61,234 nt of DNA, filler included, from Chiloscyllium plagiosum (GCF_004010195.1; 3 parts of one record of this genome joined end to end with filler, not necessarily neighbours in it); one strand, 5' to 3'. Counted from the first letter of the whole stretch, positions 25,435 to 37,423 are shown. The notes: generated by a model not told the origin, from the sequence alone. Numbers and translations are program-made.

Positions 25435-26052
25435 TCGTTAAGAATCTGTACCTATGTACCTAAGATGGTAAGTAGTGACTTATAAACTTTTACTGTACTC
25501 GTGTGAGTACATGTGACAATAAAACTGATTCTAGTTCTAATTCTACCTTCAGCATATCACAGCATCCCAAGTTGCTGGATAGGAACCAATATCAAATCAA
25601 ATTGGCCAGTGGGTTAAACAAAGATATAGAATGGGTGATCAAAGCTTTGTCAAAGTGTTAGATCTTTTTGGAATCTTTGGAGAGGCAGAGAGCTGTAATT
25701 TCAGAGCTTGCCAGTTTTAGTGAGTATGCAGAAAAAGATTGACTGGAATAGCCGTAGGGATGACAAACTCCAATGACCTAGATAGATGGGGGAAGCTGGG
25801 ATTGCTCTCCTCAGAAGAGAACGTTAAGAAGGGATTTGAGGGAAGTGTTTGAGCTTGTGAGGTACCTGGACAAGCTGATCCTATCAATGCAAGGATGGAG
25901 AATGATGGAAAATTAAGTTCATGTAAAGGAAGCACCTGGTGACTTGAGGGTAAACACAGCAAGTGTTTCAGATCTGCAGTGTGCTGCCTGAATCTGAGGT
26001 GGAGACAGATTAATCACGACTTTCAAAAGGAAACTGGATCACTATCTCAACA

Positions 26053-26356
26053 GCGGCACGGTGGCTCAGTGGTTAGCAGTACTGCCTCACAGCACCAGCA
26101 ACCCTGGTTCGATCCCATCCTCAGGTGACTGTCTGTGTGGAGTTTACACGTTCTCCCCGTGTCTGCGTGGGTTTCATCTGGGTGCACTGGTTTCCTCCCA
26201 CAATCCAAAGATGTGCTGGTTAGATGGATTGGCCATGGGGGATGCTGGGTTACAGGGATAGGATAGGGGATGGGTCTGCGTGAGATGTTGTTCAGAGAGT
26301 TGGTGTGGACTTGATGGGCCAAATGACCTGTTTCCACACTGTAGAAATTCTATGAT
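26053..26356 (+). mobile_element. Family A SINE
   Basis: A/B boxes, core domain, CR1-like tail. Confidence 0.9.
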
Positions 26357-26949
26357 CCCATGATGTGGGGTCACAGAGAAATGACCGGGTGAGGATTCAG
26401 TGAGGTACCTTGCAAAGGGCTTGTATGTGTGTAAAGGGGTCAAATGGCATCCCTCCATGCTAGAAATGTTCTGTAATTTAATGGTAAGTAGAAGATAGTT
26501 GGGGTGAAGATTAGAGTGGTGCTGGAAAAGCACAGCAGGTCAGGCAGCATCTGAGGAGCAGGAAAATCGACGTTTTGGGCAAAAGCTCTTTCAGTAGTTG
26601 GGGTGCCCAGGTCAGCTTCAAATGCAATCAGACTGAGTGGCCAGCTAGGCCAGATGAGAGCTGAGTTAGCGATCACCTCGAGACCAGATTGGGCAAGGAT
26701 AGAAGGCCTTTGTGACAGGCCAACTGTTTCACAGCCACTTTTACGGATTCCAATGTCAATTGACTGAATCTCATTCTCGATACAGGAACTGTACATTCTT
26801 CAAGTGAATGGGTTACTTTTATACCTTCATGGCATATTGGTGTCACGGCTAGGTCACCATTCATTGTCCATCCCTAACTTCCTCAGCCATTTCAGAGGGC
26901 ACAGATGTCCTAGATGTCACAGTGGAATGAACAATCAATGGAGAGCTGC

Positions 26950-27975
26950 AGACCAGCATCTATAGGAAAGCAACACACACGGACCAAAGCAACAGCAATC
27001 ATCCCAACACCCACAAACGGAGCTGCATCAGGACATTATTTAAACGGGCCACAACACACTGCAGCACCCAGGAACTACAAGCAGCAGAAGAAAATTACCT
27101 GCACAGCCTATTCAAGAACACTGGGTACTTGATAAACACAGATGGAAATGTGTTGCTGGAAAAGCGCAGCAGGTCAGGCAGCATTATTTAAACGGGCCAC
27201 AACACACTGCAGCACCCAGGAACTACAAGCAGCAGAAGAAAATTACCTGCACAGCCTATTCAAAAACACTGGGTACTTGATAAACACAGTCTGCCAATTC
27301 TTAAACAATAAACCCAAACAAGAAGAGACAACATGCCCAGAGATTCTAGCCACACTCCCAACCATCAAAGACATCTTGGAGGTGACTACCAGACCACTCT
27401 GACCCTTTGGCATCATGGTAGCCCACAAATCTACCAACACACTGAAACAGCTACTGATGAACCTAAAGGACCCTGTACCAATAACCAGCAGATCGAAGAT
27501 CATATACAAAATACCCTGCAAGCACTGCAACAAACACTATATCGGACAGAAAACTAGCCACCAGGATAAATGAGCACCAACTCACCACCAAAGGTCGTGA
27601 CCCACTCTCCCTAGTATCCTTACATACAGGTGAAGAAGGACACCACTTTGACTGGGGCAACACATCCATCCTGGGACAGGCTAAACAGAGACACACACGG
27701 GAGGCCTGGCATTCAAACCAGAACTCCATCAATAAACACATCGATCTGGACTCTATTTACCAATCGCTGAGAAAAAGAACCAGAAATGATATCGCCCACT
27801 CCAGGAAACCAAGACACATAAATAGAAAGCAGGACAGAACACCAGTGCTTCATCGGAGGCTCACTGATGATTTTACCTAGTATGGTGGCAAGACGTCTGA
27901 GAACAAACCTACCAGCTCAGCAAGCAAACTTACAACCTGAATCTCAACCTGAGCTACAAACCTTCAGAAACATCG
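26950..27975 (+). mobile_element. Penelope-like element 3' region (thumb and GIY-YIG endonuclease, disrupted) with degenerate hammerhead
   Basis: Translates as ATLPTIKDILEVTTRPL*PFGIMVAHKSTNTLKQLLMNLKDPVP...IIYKIPCKHCNKHYIGQ (GIY-YIG-like IY...YIG); CTCACTGATGA...GTCTGAG at about 27860-27901. Confidence 0.85.
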
Positions 27976-28984
27976 CATTTCAGAGGGCAGTTAAGAGTCA
28001 CATTGCTATGGGTCTGGAGTCACACCTAGCCCAGATTAGGTAAGAGCAGAAGGTTTCCTTCTCTAATGGGTTGGCACGCTGGCTCAATGGTTACCACTGA
28101 TGTCTCACAGCACCAGTTCGATCCCACCCTTGGGTCACTGTCTGTGTGGAGTTTGCGTGTTCTTCCTGTGTCTATGTGTTTTCCTTCTACAATCCAGGTT
28201 AGGTCAATTGGCCAGACTAAATTGCCCTTGGTGTCCAGGGATATGTGAATTAGCCATGGGAAATGTGATGTTACGGGTAGAGGGGTGGGATGCTCTTCAG
28301 AGTGTCAGTGTGGATTCAATGGGCCAAACGGCCTCCTTCCACACTGTCGAGGTTCGATGATCTAAAGGGCATTAGTGAGCCAGGTGGGTTTTTACAACAA
28401 TGGACAAGAGTTTTGTGATCACCATCACTGAGATTAGTTTCAATCCCAGATTTATTAACTGAATTAAAAGTCTACCAACGACCATAAGGGAATTTGAACA
28501 CAAAGCCTTAGCCCAGAGCTCCTGAATTTCTAGTCTAGTGACATTACCATGGCACTGCCGTCCTGCAAGAGACAAGCTGAAGGAATAGCAAAACCTGCAT
28601 TTAAATTTGAAAGAAAGTTTTGGCTGCTACATTTTACTGTTTGTTCTCTGATTAACACCAGTACAAATGCCTTTTGCATGCTAGTTCTACACATTATCTA
28701 AAAAATAAGTACCTTAACTCACAGTAGCATGGGAAATTGTGTGTGAAATATATTAACAAACCTAAGTGAAGCTCCAATTCTGACAAACAGTGAAATTATT
28801 TCTGGTCTTTTTGTTATGTTTTAACCTGTTTCATTTTGTAAATTCTTCATGAGGCACTTTGTATTTTTAAACTGCCTTCTACTCATTTCATTTTAAAAGC
28901 TTTGCCCCTGCTTTTGAGTTCCACCATAGTGAGCTCTTCTTCCCTTTCTCTGTGACCCTCCCATAGCCTGGTAAACATCTGAGA

Positions 28985-29276
28985 TTAAAAATGTGTTGCT
29001 GGAAAAACGCAGCAGGTCAGGCAGCATCCAAGGAGCAGGAGAATCGGCATTTCGGGCATAAGCCCTTCTTCAGGAATGAGGAGAGTGTGCCAAGCGGGCT
29101 GAGATAAAAGGTAGGGAGGAGGGACTTGGGGGAGGGGCATTGGGAATACGATAGGTGGAAGGACGTTAAGGTGAGGGTGATAGGCCGGAGAGGGGGTGGA
29201 GGCGGAGAGGTCGGGAAGAAGATTGCAGGTCAAGAAGGCGGTGCTGTGTCCGAGGGTTGGGACTGAGAAAAGGTGG
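28985..29276 (-). mobile_element. PLE family 1 3' end, running into a gap
   Basis: Homologous to 16060-16280; hammerhead triplet mutated to GCC. Confidence 0.8.
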
Positions 29277-30069
29277 NNNNNNNNNNNNNNNNNNNNNNNN
29301 NNNNNNNNNNNNNNNNNNNNNNNNNNNNNNNNNNNNNNNNNNNNNNNNNNNNNNNNNNNNNNNNNNNNNNNNNNNNNNNNNNNNNNNNNNNNNNNNNNNN
29401 NNNNNNNNNNNNNNNNNNNNNNNNNNNNNNNNNNNNNNNNNNNNNNNNNNNNNNNNNNNNNNNNNNNNNNNNNNNNNNNNNNNNNNNNNNNNNNNNNNNN
29501 NNNNNNNNNNNNNNNNNNNNNNNNNNNNNNNNNNNNNNNNNNNNNNNNNNNNNNNNNNNNNNNNNNNNNNNNNNNNNNNNNNNNNNNNNNNNNNNNNNNN
29601 NNNNNNNNNNNNNNNNNNNNNNNNNNNNNNNNNNNNNNNNNNNNNNNNNNNNNNNNNNNNNNNNNNNNNNNNNNNNNNNNNNNNNNNNNNNNNNNNNNNN
29701 NNNNNNNNNNNNNNNNNNNNNNNNNNNNNNNNNNNNNNNNNNNNNNNNNNNNNNNNNNNNNNNNNNNNNNNNNNNNNNNNNNNNNNNNNNNNNNNNNNNN
29801 NNNNNNNNNNNNNNNNNNNNNNNNNNNNNNNNNNNNNNNNNNNNNNNNNNNNNNNNNNNNNNNNNNNNNNNNNNNNNNNNNNNNNNNNNNNNNNNNNNNN
29901 NNNNNNNNNNNNNNNNNNNNNNNNNNNNNNNNNNNNNNNNNNNNNNNNNNNNNNNNNNNNNNNNNNNNNNNNNNNNNNNNNNNNNNNNNNNNNNNNNNNN
30001 NNNNNNNNNNNNNNNNNNNNNNNNNNNNNNNNNNNNNNNNNNNNNNNNNNNNNNNNNNNNNNNNNNNNN

Positions 30070-30292
30070 TATACCGACCACTGCAGCAGACAGCTGGAAC
30101 TGACAACCGGAAGCAGCAGAGACAAACCACTATAAATGCCAAAGGAAACATCACAGAAGTGCTTCACAGGAGGCTCCCAAGCACTGAGGATGTCACCTAG
30201 ACAGGGGACGAAACGTCTGCAACACAAATTCCCAGCTCGGCGAACAGAACCACAACAACGAGCACCCGAGCTACAAAACTTCTCACAAACTT
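30070..30292 (+). mobile_element. PLE 3' end (family related to 26950-27975)
   Basis: Same terminal layout as 27750-27975, ending GAGCTACAAA. Confidence 0.75.
30181..30220 (+). ncRNA. Minimal type I hammerhead ribozyme (PLE family 3)
   Basis: GCA-CUGAGGA-U-GUCACC(UAGACA)GGGGAC-GAAA-CG-UC^UGC; core 30184-30190, GAAA 30210-30213, predicted cleavage after C30217. Confidence 0.75.
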
Positions 30293-30299
30293 TGAACTC

Positions 30300-31110
30300 C
30301 AACAACACTCGAGAAGGTTGAAGTCATCCAAGGTAAAGGAGCCTGCTTCATTGTCGCCCCATCTAACACCTTCAATATTCACCTCCTGCTCTACCAACAG
30401 TCACTAGCAGCAGTGTGTGCCATGTGGAAGGTTCACTAGAGAAATTCACCATGACTCCTAAAGCTGTACCTTCCTAGGCGATGGCCTGGGGGTATTATCG
30501 CTAGGCTGTTAATCCAAAGACACAGATAATGTTCTGGGGACCCGGGTTCAAATCCAGCCAATGGTAGATGGTAGAAGTTGAATTCAACCAGAATAATTCT
30601 GGAATTTGGGGTCTAATGATGACCGTGAATCCTTTGTCAATTGTCGGAAAACCCACCTGGTTCACGAATGTCCTTCAGGGAAGGAAACTGCCATCCTTGC
30701 CTGGTCCAGCCTACATGTGACTCTTAACTGCCCTCAGGGCAAATGAGAGATGGACAATAAATGCTGGCTGAGCCAGTGACACCACAGCCAATGCATGAAT
30801 AAAGGGGGAAAGAAACCATGAGTTGGAAGGGCAGGAGAAGCAGATACCTGGGACACCACCATCTGCGAGTTCCCCTCCAAGCCACTCACCATCCCAACTT
30901 GGAAATAAATTACCATTGGTCCAATGTTACTGGGTCAAACTCCTGCAACTCTGTCCCTAACAGCATCATGGGAGAGTCACTTCCCCACCCCCACCCCACC
31001 CCCCCTGCCCCAGTGAAGGTGGTTCATCACCACCTTTTCAAGGGAAATGAGGAACGACTAACCAAAGTCAGCTTTGTCAGGGACCCTCATCTCTCTGAAA
31101 TGAATAAAAG
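30300..31110 (+). mobile_element. Old LINE 3' end (clade uncertain: L2/CR1/RTE-X type) with a family B SINE inserted at about 30477-30805
   Basis: HHHLRVPLQATHHPNLEI...GSNSCNSVP resembles a WNSLP-type ORF2 C-terminus; its tail resembles the family B SINE tail. Confidence 0.55.
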
Positions 31111-31934
31111 CAAAGTGCTGTGTGAGGAAATTAAATCAGCATGCAGTTAATAAATGCTTCTTCTCCCTTGGTAGCTTTCCTGTGCTTTGTTTTCTCTCTT
31201 CACTTCCCCAGTGACACTTTAACACGCTGCATTTCTTAGCTTGAAACATCCACAATCAATTCAACGAGGCAAAATCATTCCTCCCCACTGATTATCCGAA
31301 TCACACAGCTCTGTAAAAAAGATTGTTCTTCCATTTGTTGCGCTTTCGACTGTGGCTTTGTGCTGACATTCAGACAGCTAAGTGATTTGACAGGAGTGCT
31401 CAGTGTTCTTTTTGAAGACTTCTTTGGAGCATTTTGTTCCCTGGCCCTGACTGGCGCTTCCTGCCTTTCTGACATGTTCGAAGAAGCTTCTTTATACTCA
31501 AGGGGAACGTCAGAAGAGCAGAAGCCCCCTTGGGCCCTGACAAGGCATTGGAGAGCTGGCAGTAATAGGATGGCTTGACAAAGTAGATGGAAATGCAGAG
31601 GGACATCAATTGGGGCCATCAAGGGGGCACTGGATAGGTATTTGGATATAAATGTCATGCAGAGGTCTGGGGAAAGGGCAGGAGCTTGGCACTAAGACCT
31701 GGAGTCACGTGTAGTCCAGAGCACAATGGTTAGAACAGTGTCCTTCCTCACCTGATGAAGGACTTATGCCCGAAACGTCAATTCTCCTGCTCCTCAGATG
31801 CTGCCTAGCCTGCTGTGCTTTTCCAGCACCACACTCTCGCCAGTTCGGAGTCAACCACGTGGTTGTGGGTTCTGGAGTCACATGTAAGTCAGACCAGGTA
31901 AGGACATAAGTTTCCTTCCCTAAAGGACACTACA

Positions 31935-32232
31935 GAATCATAGATTCCCTACAGTGTGGAAGCAGGGCATTCATCCCATCAAGTCCACACTGACTCTCCA
32001 ATGAGCATCCCACCCAGACCCACCCCCTACCTTGTCCTTGTAACCTTGCACTTAGCATGGCCAATCCACCTAACCTGCACATCTTTGGACTGTGGGAGGA
32101 AACTGGAGCACCCAGAGGAAACCTACCTGGACATGGGGAGAATGTGCAAAGTTCTCACAGACAGACACCCAAGGGTGGAATTGAACTAGGGTTGCTGGCG
32201 CTGTGAGGCAGCAATGCTAACCACTGAGCCAT
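31935..32232 (-). mobile_element. Family A SINE, antisense
   Basis: Reverse complement of the family A head, core and tail. Confidence 0.88.
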
Positions 32233-33528
32233 CCATTAGTGAACTAGATGGGCTTGTCCAAGAATCCACAACGGTTTCATGGTCATTATTAAACTGTAAA
32301 GCCCAGATTTATAATGGATTCAAGTTCCACCATCTGACGTGGTGGGATTCGAACCCAGGTCCCTAGAATAGTACCTGGCTCTTTGGATTAATAGACCAGC
32401 AATAATACTACTAGGCCATTAGCTTCCCTTTTGTCATAAAGCTTAGGTTGATCCTCCACTTCATGAGTGCAACACTGTCAGAGTGTGTCTATCTAATGAG
32501 ACAGTGAACTGAGGTCCTGCCCATCTCCTCAGGTGGATCCTGTGGCCCTCCCGATGAGGGTGGGGAGAAATGGGCAGTTCCCTGTCGAATTCTGTGCTTT
32601 AAGACAATTCTTCCCAAAGTACTAGCCACCAAAACCCCACAACAGAGAGGAACACCTGTAAAAGCAGGGATTGCTGGGTGGATGTGGGAATATTAAAGAT
32701 CTTGAAAACAAATTCCCTGTTTTCCAGAACAAAGTTGATAGAAGGCATATTTAAAGTGTTTAACAAGAATGATTATTTATTATAATTAATTAGACATTAT
32801 TTATTTAATTGTGGCACTGGGACACTTGACTGAGCCAACACTTATTCTAGCTGCAGATAGACAGATATTAAACCATTGGTATGTAACACAACTAATCGCA
32901 ACTTTATTTCAATACACTAATGAGCAACAAATAGAAGGATACAGACCATGTGGAGACAAAAGATTTTTAGTTGAGAAAAGCCATCTGATTTTCAGCATCC
33001 GCAGTGCTCACCTTCGCCTAGGCAATTGCGTACAGGTTTGGTCTCCTAGTCTGAGGAAGGACATTCTTGCTATTAGAGATGTACAGTCGGAAACAGATCC
33101 TTTGGTCCAACTCATGTTGGCCATCTTGTTGTGCCAATGGGTTTGTTCCTGTGCTGTACTGTTCTTTGTTCTTAAACACCTTCTAAACCCCCCTTTACAC
33201 AGACAGGCAGGCAGGCAGACATTAACAGTACAAAAGTAAAACACATGGACAGAGGGAAAACGTACAGAGCTAGTTCAGTTGTCTTTGTTCACAAAATCTA
33301 TTAAGTTAGCTGTTGCTGTTTTTGTTTCTCTCAGCCATCCTGTTTCCACTGGTTTGTAAGAGGCACAGGGATGGCTGAGTCACTAACAAAAGGTCTGTCA
33401 GTTATCAATCAAAAAGTAACATCTTAAAGCAACTGCTGAAGGAGAAATAATTTGGTTTTCTTCAGGTGAAAAGTTGGGTTTTTTTACTGCTCTGAGAGAC
33501 TGTTCTGAGCTGGTGGTGATTACGATGC

Positions 33529-33848
33529 ATTCCTGATGAAGGGCTTTTGCCCGAAATGTTGATTTTCCTCATAAAAGCAAATTACATGCGGATGCTGGAA
33601 TCTGAAACTAAAAGAGAAAATGCTGGAAAATCTCAGCAGGTCTGGCAGCATCTGTAAGAAGAGAAAAAATGTCAGCTCTTTTCTCTCCTTACAGATGCTG
33701 CCAGACCTGCTGAGATTTTCCAGCATTTTCTCTTTTGGTTACGTCGATTTTCCTGCTCCTCGGATGCTGCCTGACCTGCCGTGCTTTTCCAGCACCACTC
33801 TAATCTTGACTCTGATTTTCAGCATCCGCAGTGCTCACCTTTGCCTAG
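33529..33848. mobile_element. PLE family 1 end with a nested PLE family 4 fold-back (33570-33740)
   Basis: Perfect 49-bp inverted arms at 33610-33658 and 33688-33736; flanking 14-bp duplication at 33556-33569 and 33741-33754. Confidence 0.85.
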
Positions 33849-34788
33849 GCGATTGCGTACAGGTTTGGTCTCCTAGTCTGAGGAAGGACATTCTTGCTAT
33901 TAGAGATGTACAGTCAGAAACAGACCCTTTGGTTCAACTCGTCTATGCTGACCACTATTGAGGGAGTCCAGCAAAGATTCACCAGACTGATTCCCAAGAT
34001 GGCAGGACTGATATGTGAGAAAAGACTGAATCGACCGGGCTTGTACTTCTGGGAATTTAGAAGAATGAGTGGGAATCTCATAAAAGCATAAAAAGTCCTG
34101 ATTGGAATGGACAGGCTAGATGCAGAAAGGATGTTCCCAGTGTTGGGGAAGTCTAGAACAAGGGGTTACAGTCCAAGAGTAAGGGACTGTCCAAGAATAA
34201 GAATCTCAGGACTGAGATGAGGAAGAATTTCTTCACTCGGAGAGGTGTGAACTTGTGGAATTCTCACCCACAGGAAGCTTTTGGGACCAGTTGGTTAGAT
34301 ATATTCATGAGTGAGCAGGACATGGGCCTTGCAGCTAAAGGGATCACAGGATGTGGAGAAAAGTGGGAATGGGATACAAGTCCAGCACTAGAGGGCATAG
34401 GTTTAGGGTAAATGGGAAAGATATAAAAGAGACCAAAGGGGCAACTTTTTCACGCAGAGGGTGGTATGTGTATGGAATGAGCTGCCAGAGGAAGTGATGG
34501 AGGCTGGTACAATTGCAACATTTAAGATGCATTTGGATGGATATATGAACAGGAAGGGTTTGGAGGGATATGGGCCGGTGCTGGCAGGTGGGACTAGATT
34601 GGGTTGGGATCTCTGGTCGGCATGGACAGGTTGGACCGAAGGGTCTGATTCCATACTGTACATCTCTATGACTCTTTGACTCTATGAGATTGCATGATCA
34701 GCCATGATCATATTGAATGGTGGAGCAGGCTCAAAGGGCCGAATGGCCTCCTCCTTCACCTATTTTCAATGTTTCCATGTTTCTATGA
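33849..34788 (+). mobile_element. CR1 3' fragment with a younger CR1 tail nested at about 34378-34687
   Basis: VQVWSPSLRKD and FFTRRGVNLWNS motifs; second copy with WNELPEEV and a (CTATGA) tail. Confidence 0.85.
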
Positions 34789-35523
34789 CATCTGATCACT
34801 TCCCTGTACCTTGTTTCAAACCCCAGTTGTTTGGTTACCTGAGAGCCAATCACATAGTTTTTGGCAGGCAAATGGCCTTTGGCATCAATAACTGGTCATC
34901 AGTCCATAGACCAATCAACTTGATATTGCTAGTCAAAGCTACATCAATGAACAACCCGTCAGCTCCAGTTCACCTGGATTCTAAACTTTAATTATTATTT
35001 GTTGCAATGATGCCTGTGGTGTATGTCAGACCACCTGCTTTGCAAAGCACGCAGCAATCCTTGCAGGGAGAAAGTGAGGACTGCAGATGCTGGAGATCAG
35101 AGTTGAGAGTGTGGTGCTGGAAAAGCACAGCAGGTCCGGCAGCACCTGAGGAGCAGGGGAATCGACGTTTCAGGCATAAACCCTTCCTATGCCCGAAACG
35201 TCGACTCTCCTGCTCCTCTGATGCTGCCTGATCGGCTGTGCTTTTCCATCAGCTCACTCTCAACAACAAACCTTTCCAAAACTGTCCTTTCTCATTTCAG
35301 TCCACAGTTCTAAAAAGCACAAAAATAAAAATAAAAATCAGTCTTTACAGAAGCAATCAACCTTTTCAATGGCTTTTTCAGGACAAGCTTCAGGTCTACC
35401 CCCACTATTAAAATAAAATGAACTCTGATGATTTAAAGGGGCCATGCAGCAGTTAACGCTCCATGACAGCTAATGGTTAGCTCAGAGTTCACAGGCTCAA
35501 AATTTCAGCAACACTGCTTTAAG

Positions 35524-36110
35524 GTTAAAAATCACACAACACCAGGTTATAGTCCAACAGGCTTAATTGGAAGCACACTAGCTTTCGGAGTGTCATCCTT
35601 CATGAAGGAGCAGTGCTCTGAAAGCTAGTGTGCTTCCAATTAAACCTGTTGGACTATAACCTGGTGTCATGTGACTTTTAACTTTGTACACCCCAGTCCA
35701 ACACCGGCATCTCCAAATCATGACTGCTTTAAGGTAACACTGTGGCCTGTATCATTACATACTCCACCTTTCTATCCCTTGGCCGTGAGTCTCTACATGT
35801 ATATTCTGTCTATGGTTATTATCCATGAGTAAGATTTCTCCACTCCTGATGCACTATAACACTCTCACATTTACATTCATCTATTACAGGTCCCTGTCAA
35901 ATTTCAAATCCAGTGATAGTCTTGCTTTTTGTGACTTGGAGGCACCGGTGTTGCACTGGGGTGTACAAAGTTAAAAATCACACAACACCAGGTTATAATC
36001 CAACAGTTTTATTTGGAAACACTAGCTTTCAGAGCGCTGCTCCTTCATGAAGGATGACGCTCCGAAAGCTAGTGTGCTTCCAATTAAACCTGTTGGACTA
36101 TAACCTGGTG
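35524..36110. mobile_element. Two PLE family 2 fold-backs in inverted arrangement (35524-35720 and 35943-36110)
   Basis: Arms AAAATCACACAACACCAGGTTATAGTCCAACAG; both turn at CCTTCATGAAGG. The second continues as an element body to about 37055. Confidence 0.8.
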
Positions 36111-36259
36111 GTTGTGGAGTATAAGATCGTAAGACATAGAATTTATGGCAAAGGTTTACAGTATGATGTAACTGAAATTATATATTGAAAAAGACCTGGA
36201 TTGTTTGTTAAGTCTCTCTTTTTTTAGAATGACCATGTTGGTTTCAGTGCTTTTACATG

Positions 36260-36942
36260 TGTGGGAGAAAATACAGGTCCTGGCCTCCCCATCATTTGGC
36301 CACAAAACAGACAACACAAAATATCTGCACTTAGCCACTCAGCCTACCCATAATGCCTCAAATTGGCCAAACCAGCCGCCCCAGACATCACACATACCTC
36401 AGGACATGACTCATCCAGTCCCAGACCACGAGAATACACTTCTTCAGATTAACTGATAAAGAGCCTCACATTCCACAATAGCCCAGCACCCACGAGGAGT
36501 CAAGCCTTCACAAAGGGTACCCAGACAAGGAGGCACCAAAGGCACTTTGCTTGTCCCCTCAACAATACGAACACATTGATACCAGGATGAAACTCACTAA
36601 TACATACTCCAGCCAAAGATCAGAATCTCCTGAGTCAATTAAGAAACTCTGTCAGACACCAGACAGTTGAATCTCTTCAATGAATAAACTTTATTTCTCT
36701 TTGTTGTACAACTCACACCATTGTCTCATAACTCAGACTTCATTGTTGTAAGGGTATAAAACTCCACTGTATTCTCTGTTCAGGGAAGAAGCTGGAGTTC
36801 CTTCTGAACAGCCTGTCGGTGACTGTTTTGGTGGGGTCAAGTCTCTTCCACGATATCGCTGTTTGTTAAATAAATCCTCATCAGTTTTCAGTCCGATCTG
36901 TGTGTTTGTGATCTCTGTTTGATTGGGCTAAATTCTCTGACA
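36260..36942 (+). mobile_element. Solo LTR, 683 bp
   Basis: TGTGGGAGAA...TTCTCTGACA termini; 5-bp flanks ACATG / ATATG; TATAAAA near 36755; AATAAA near 36869. Confidence 0.8.
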
Positions 36943-37193
36943 ATATGTAAATCCCAGGACTATCTTAAAGTTATATTCTCAAGTGAACTTTAACAATAAG
37001 TGCCATGTCAGCCCAGATAATGCATTGAACGTGTGAGGTGCCCTGTGTGAGGCACAGGCAACATGGGATGAGAGATGAGGTAATGAAGAATTGCCCTGAT
37101 CGAGGAGGATGAGATGAGGCTAAGTGGAGCGTGAATCACATCTTGGATTGACGAGATTGAAGGCCTGATTTGATGTTGTATATCCTAAATATA

Positions 37194-37423
37194 GATTAGA
37201 GTGTGATGCTGGAAAAGCACAGCAGATCAGGCAGCATCCGAGGAGCAGGAAAATTGACATTTCGGGCAAATGTCCTTCATCATGAGTGAGCCCCCCTGAT
37301 GAAAGGCTTTTGCCCGAAACATCAATTTTCCTGCTCCTCGGATGCTGCCTGACCTGCTGTGCTTTTCCAGCACCACTCTAATCCTAACTCTAACCTCCAG
37401 CATCTGGCGTACCCACTTCTGCC
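37194..37423. mobile_element. PLE family 1 fold-back with 13-bp TSD (1 mismatch)
   Basis: TATCCTAA(A/G)TATA at 37181-37193 and 37424-37436; inverted arms. Confidence 0.85.

Noticed and set aside
28985..30308. ORFs of 276-389 aa
   Set aside because: Artefacts of translating through the N gap.
31275..31658. 127-aa minus-strand ORF in partly unique DNA
   Set aside because: Starts within a CR1-tail remnant and has no recognisable domain.
32583..35468. Possible large fragmented LTR (TGTC...TGACA) hosting the nested elements
   Set aside because: Composition is suggestive, but I found no matching TSD and the left boundary is unsupported.
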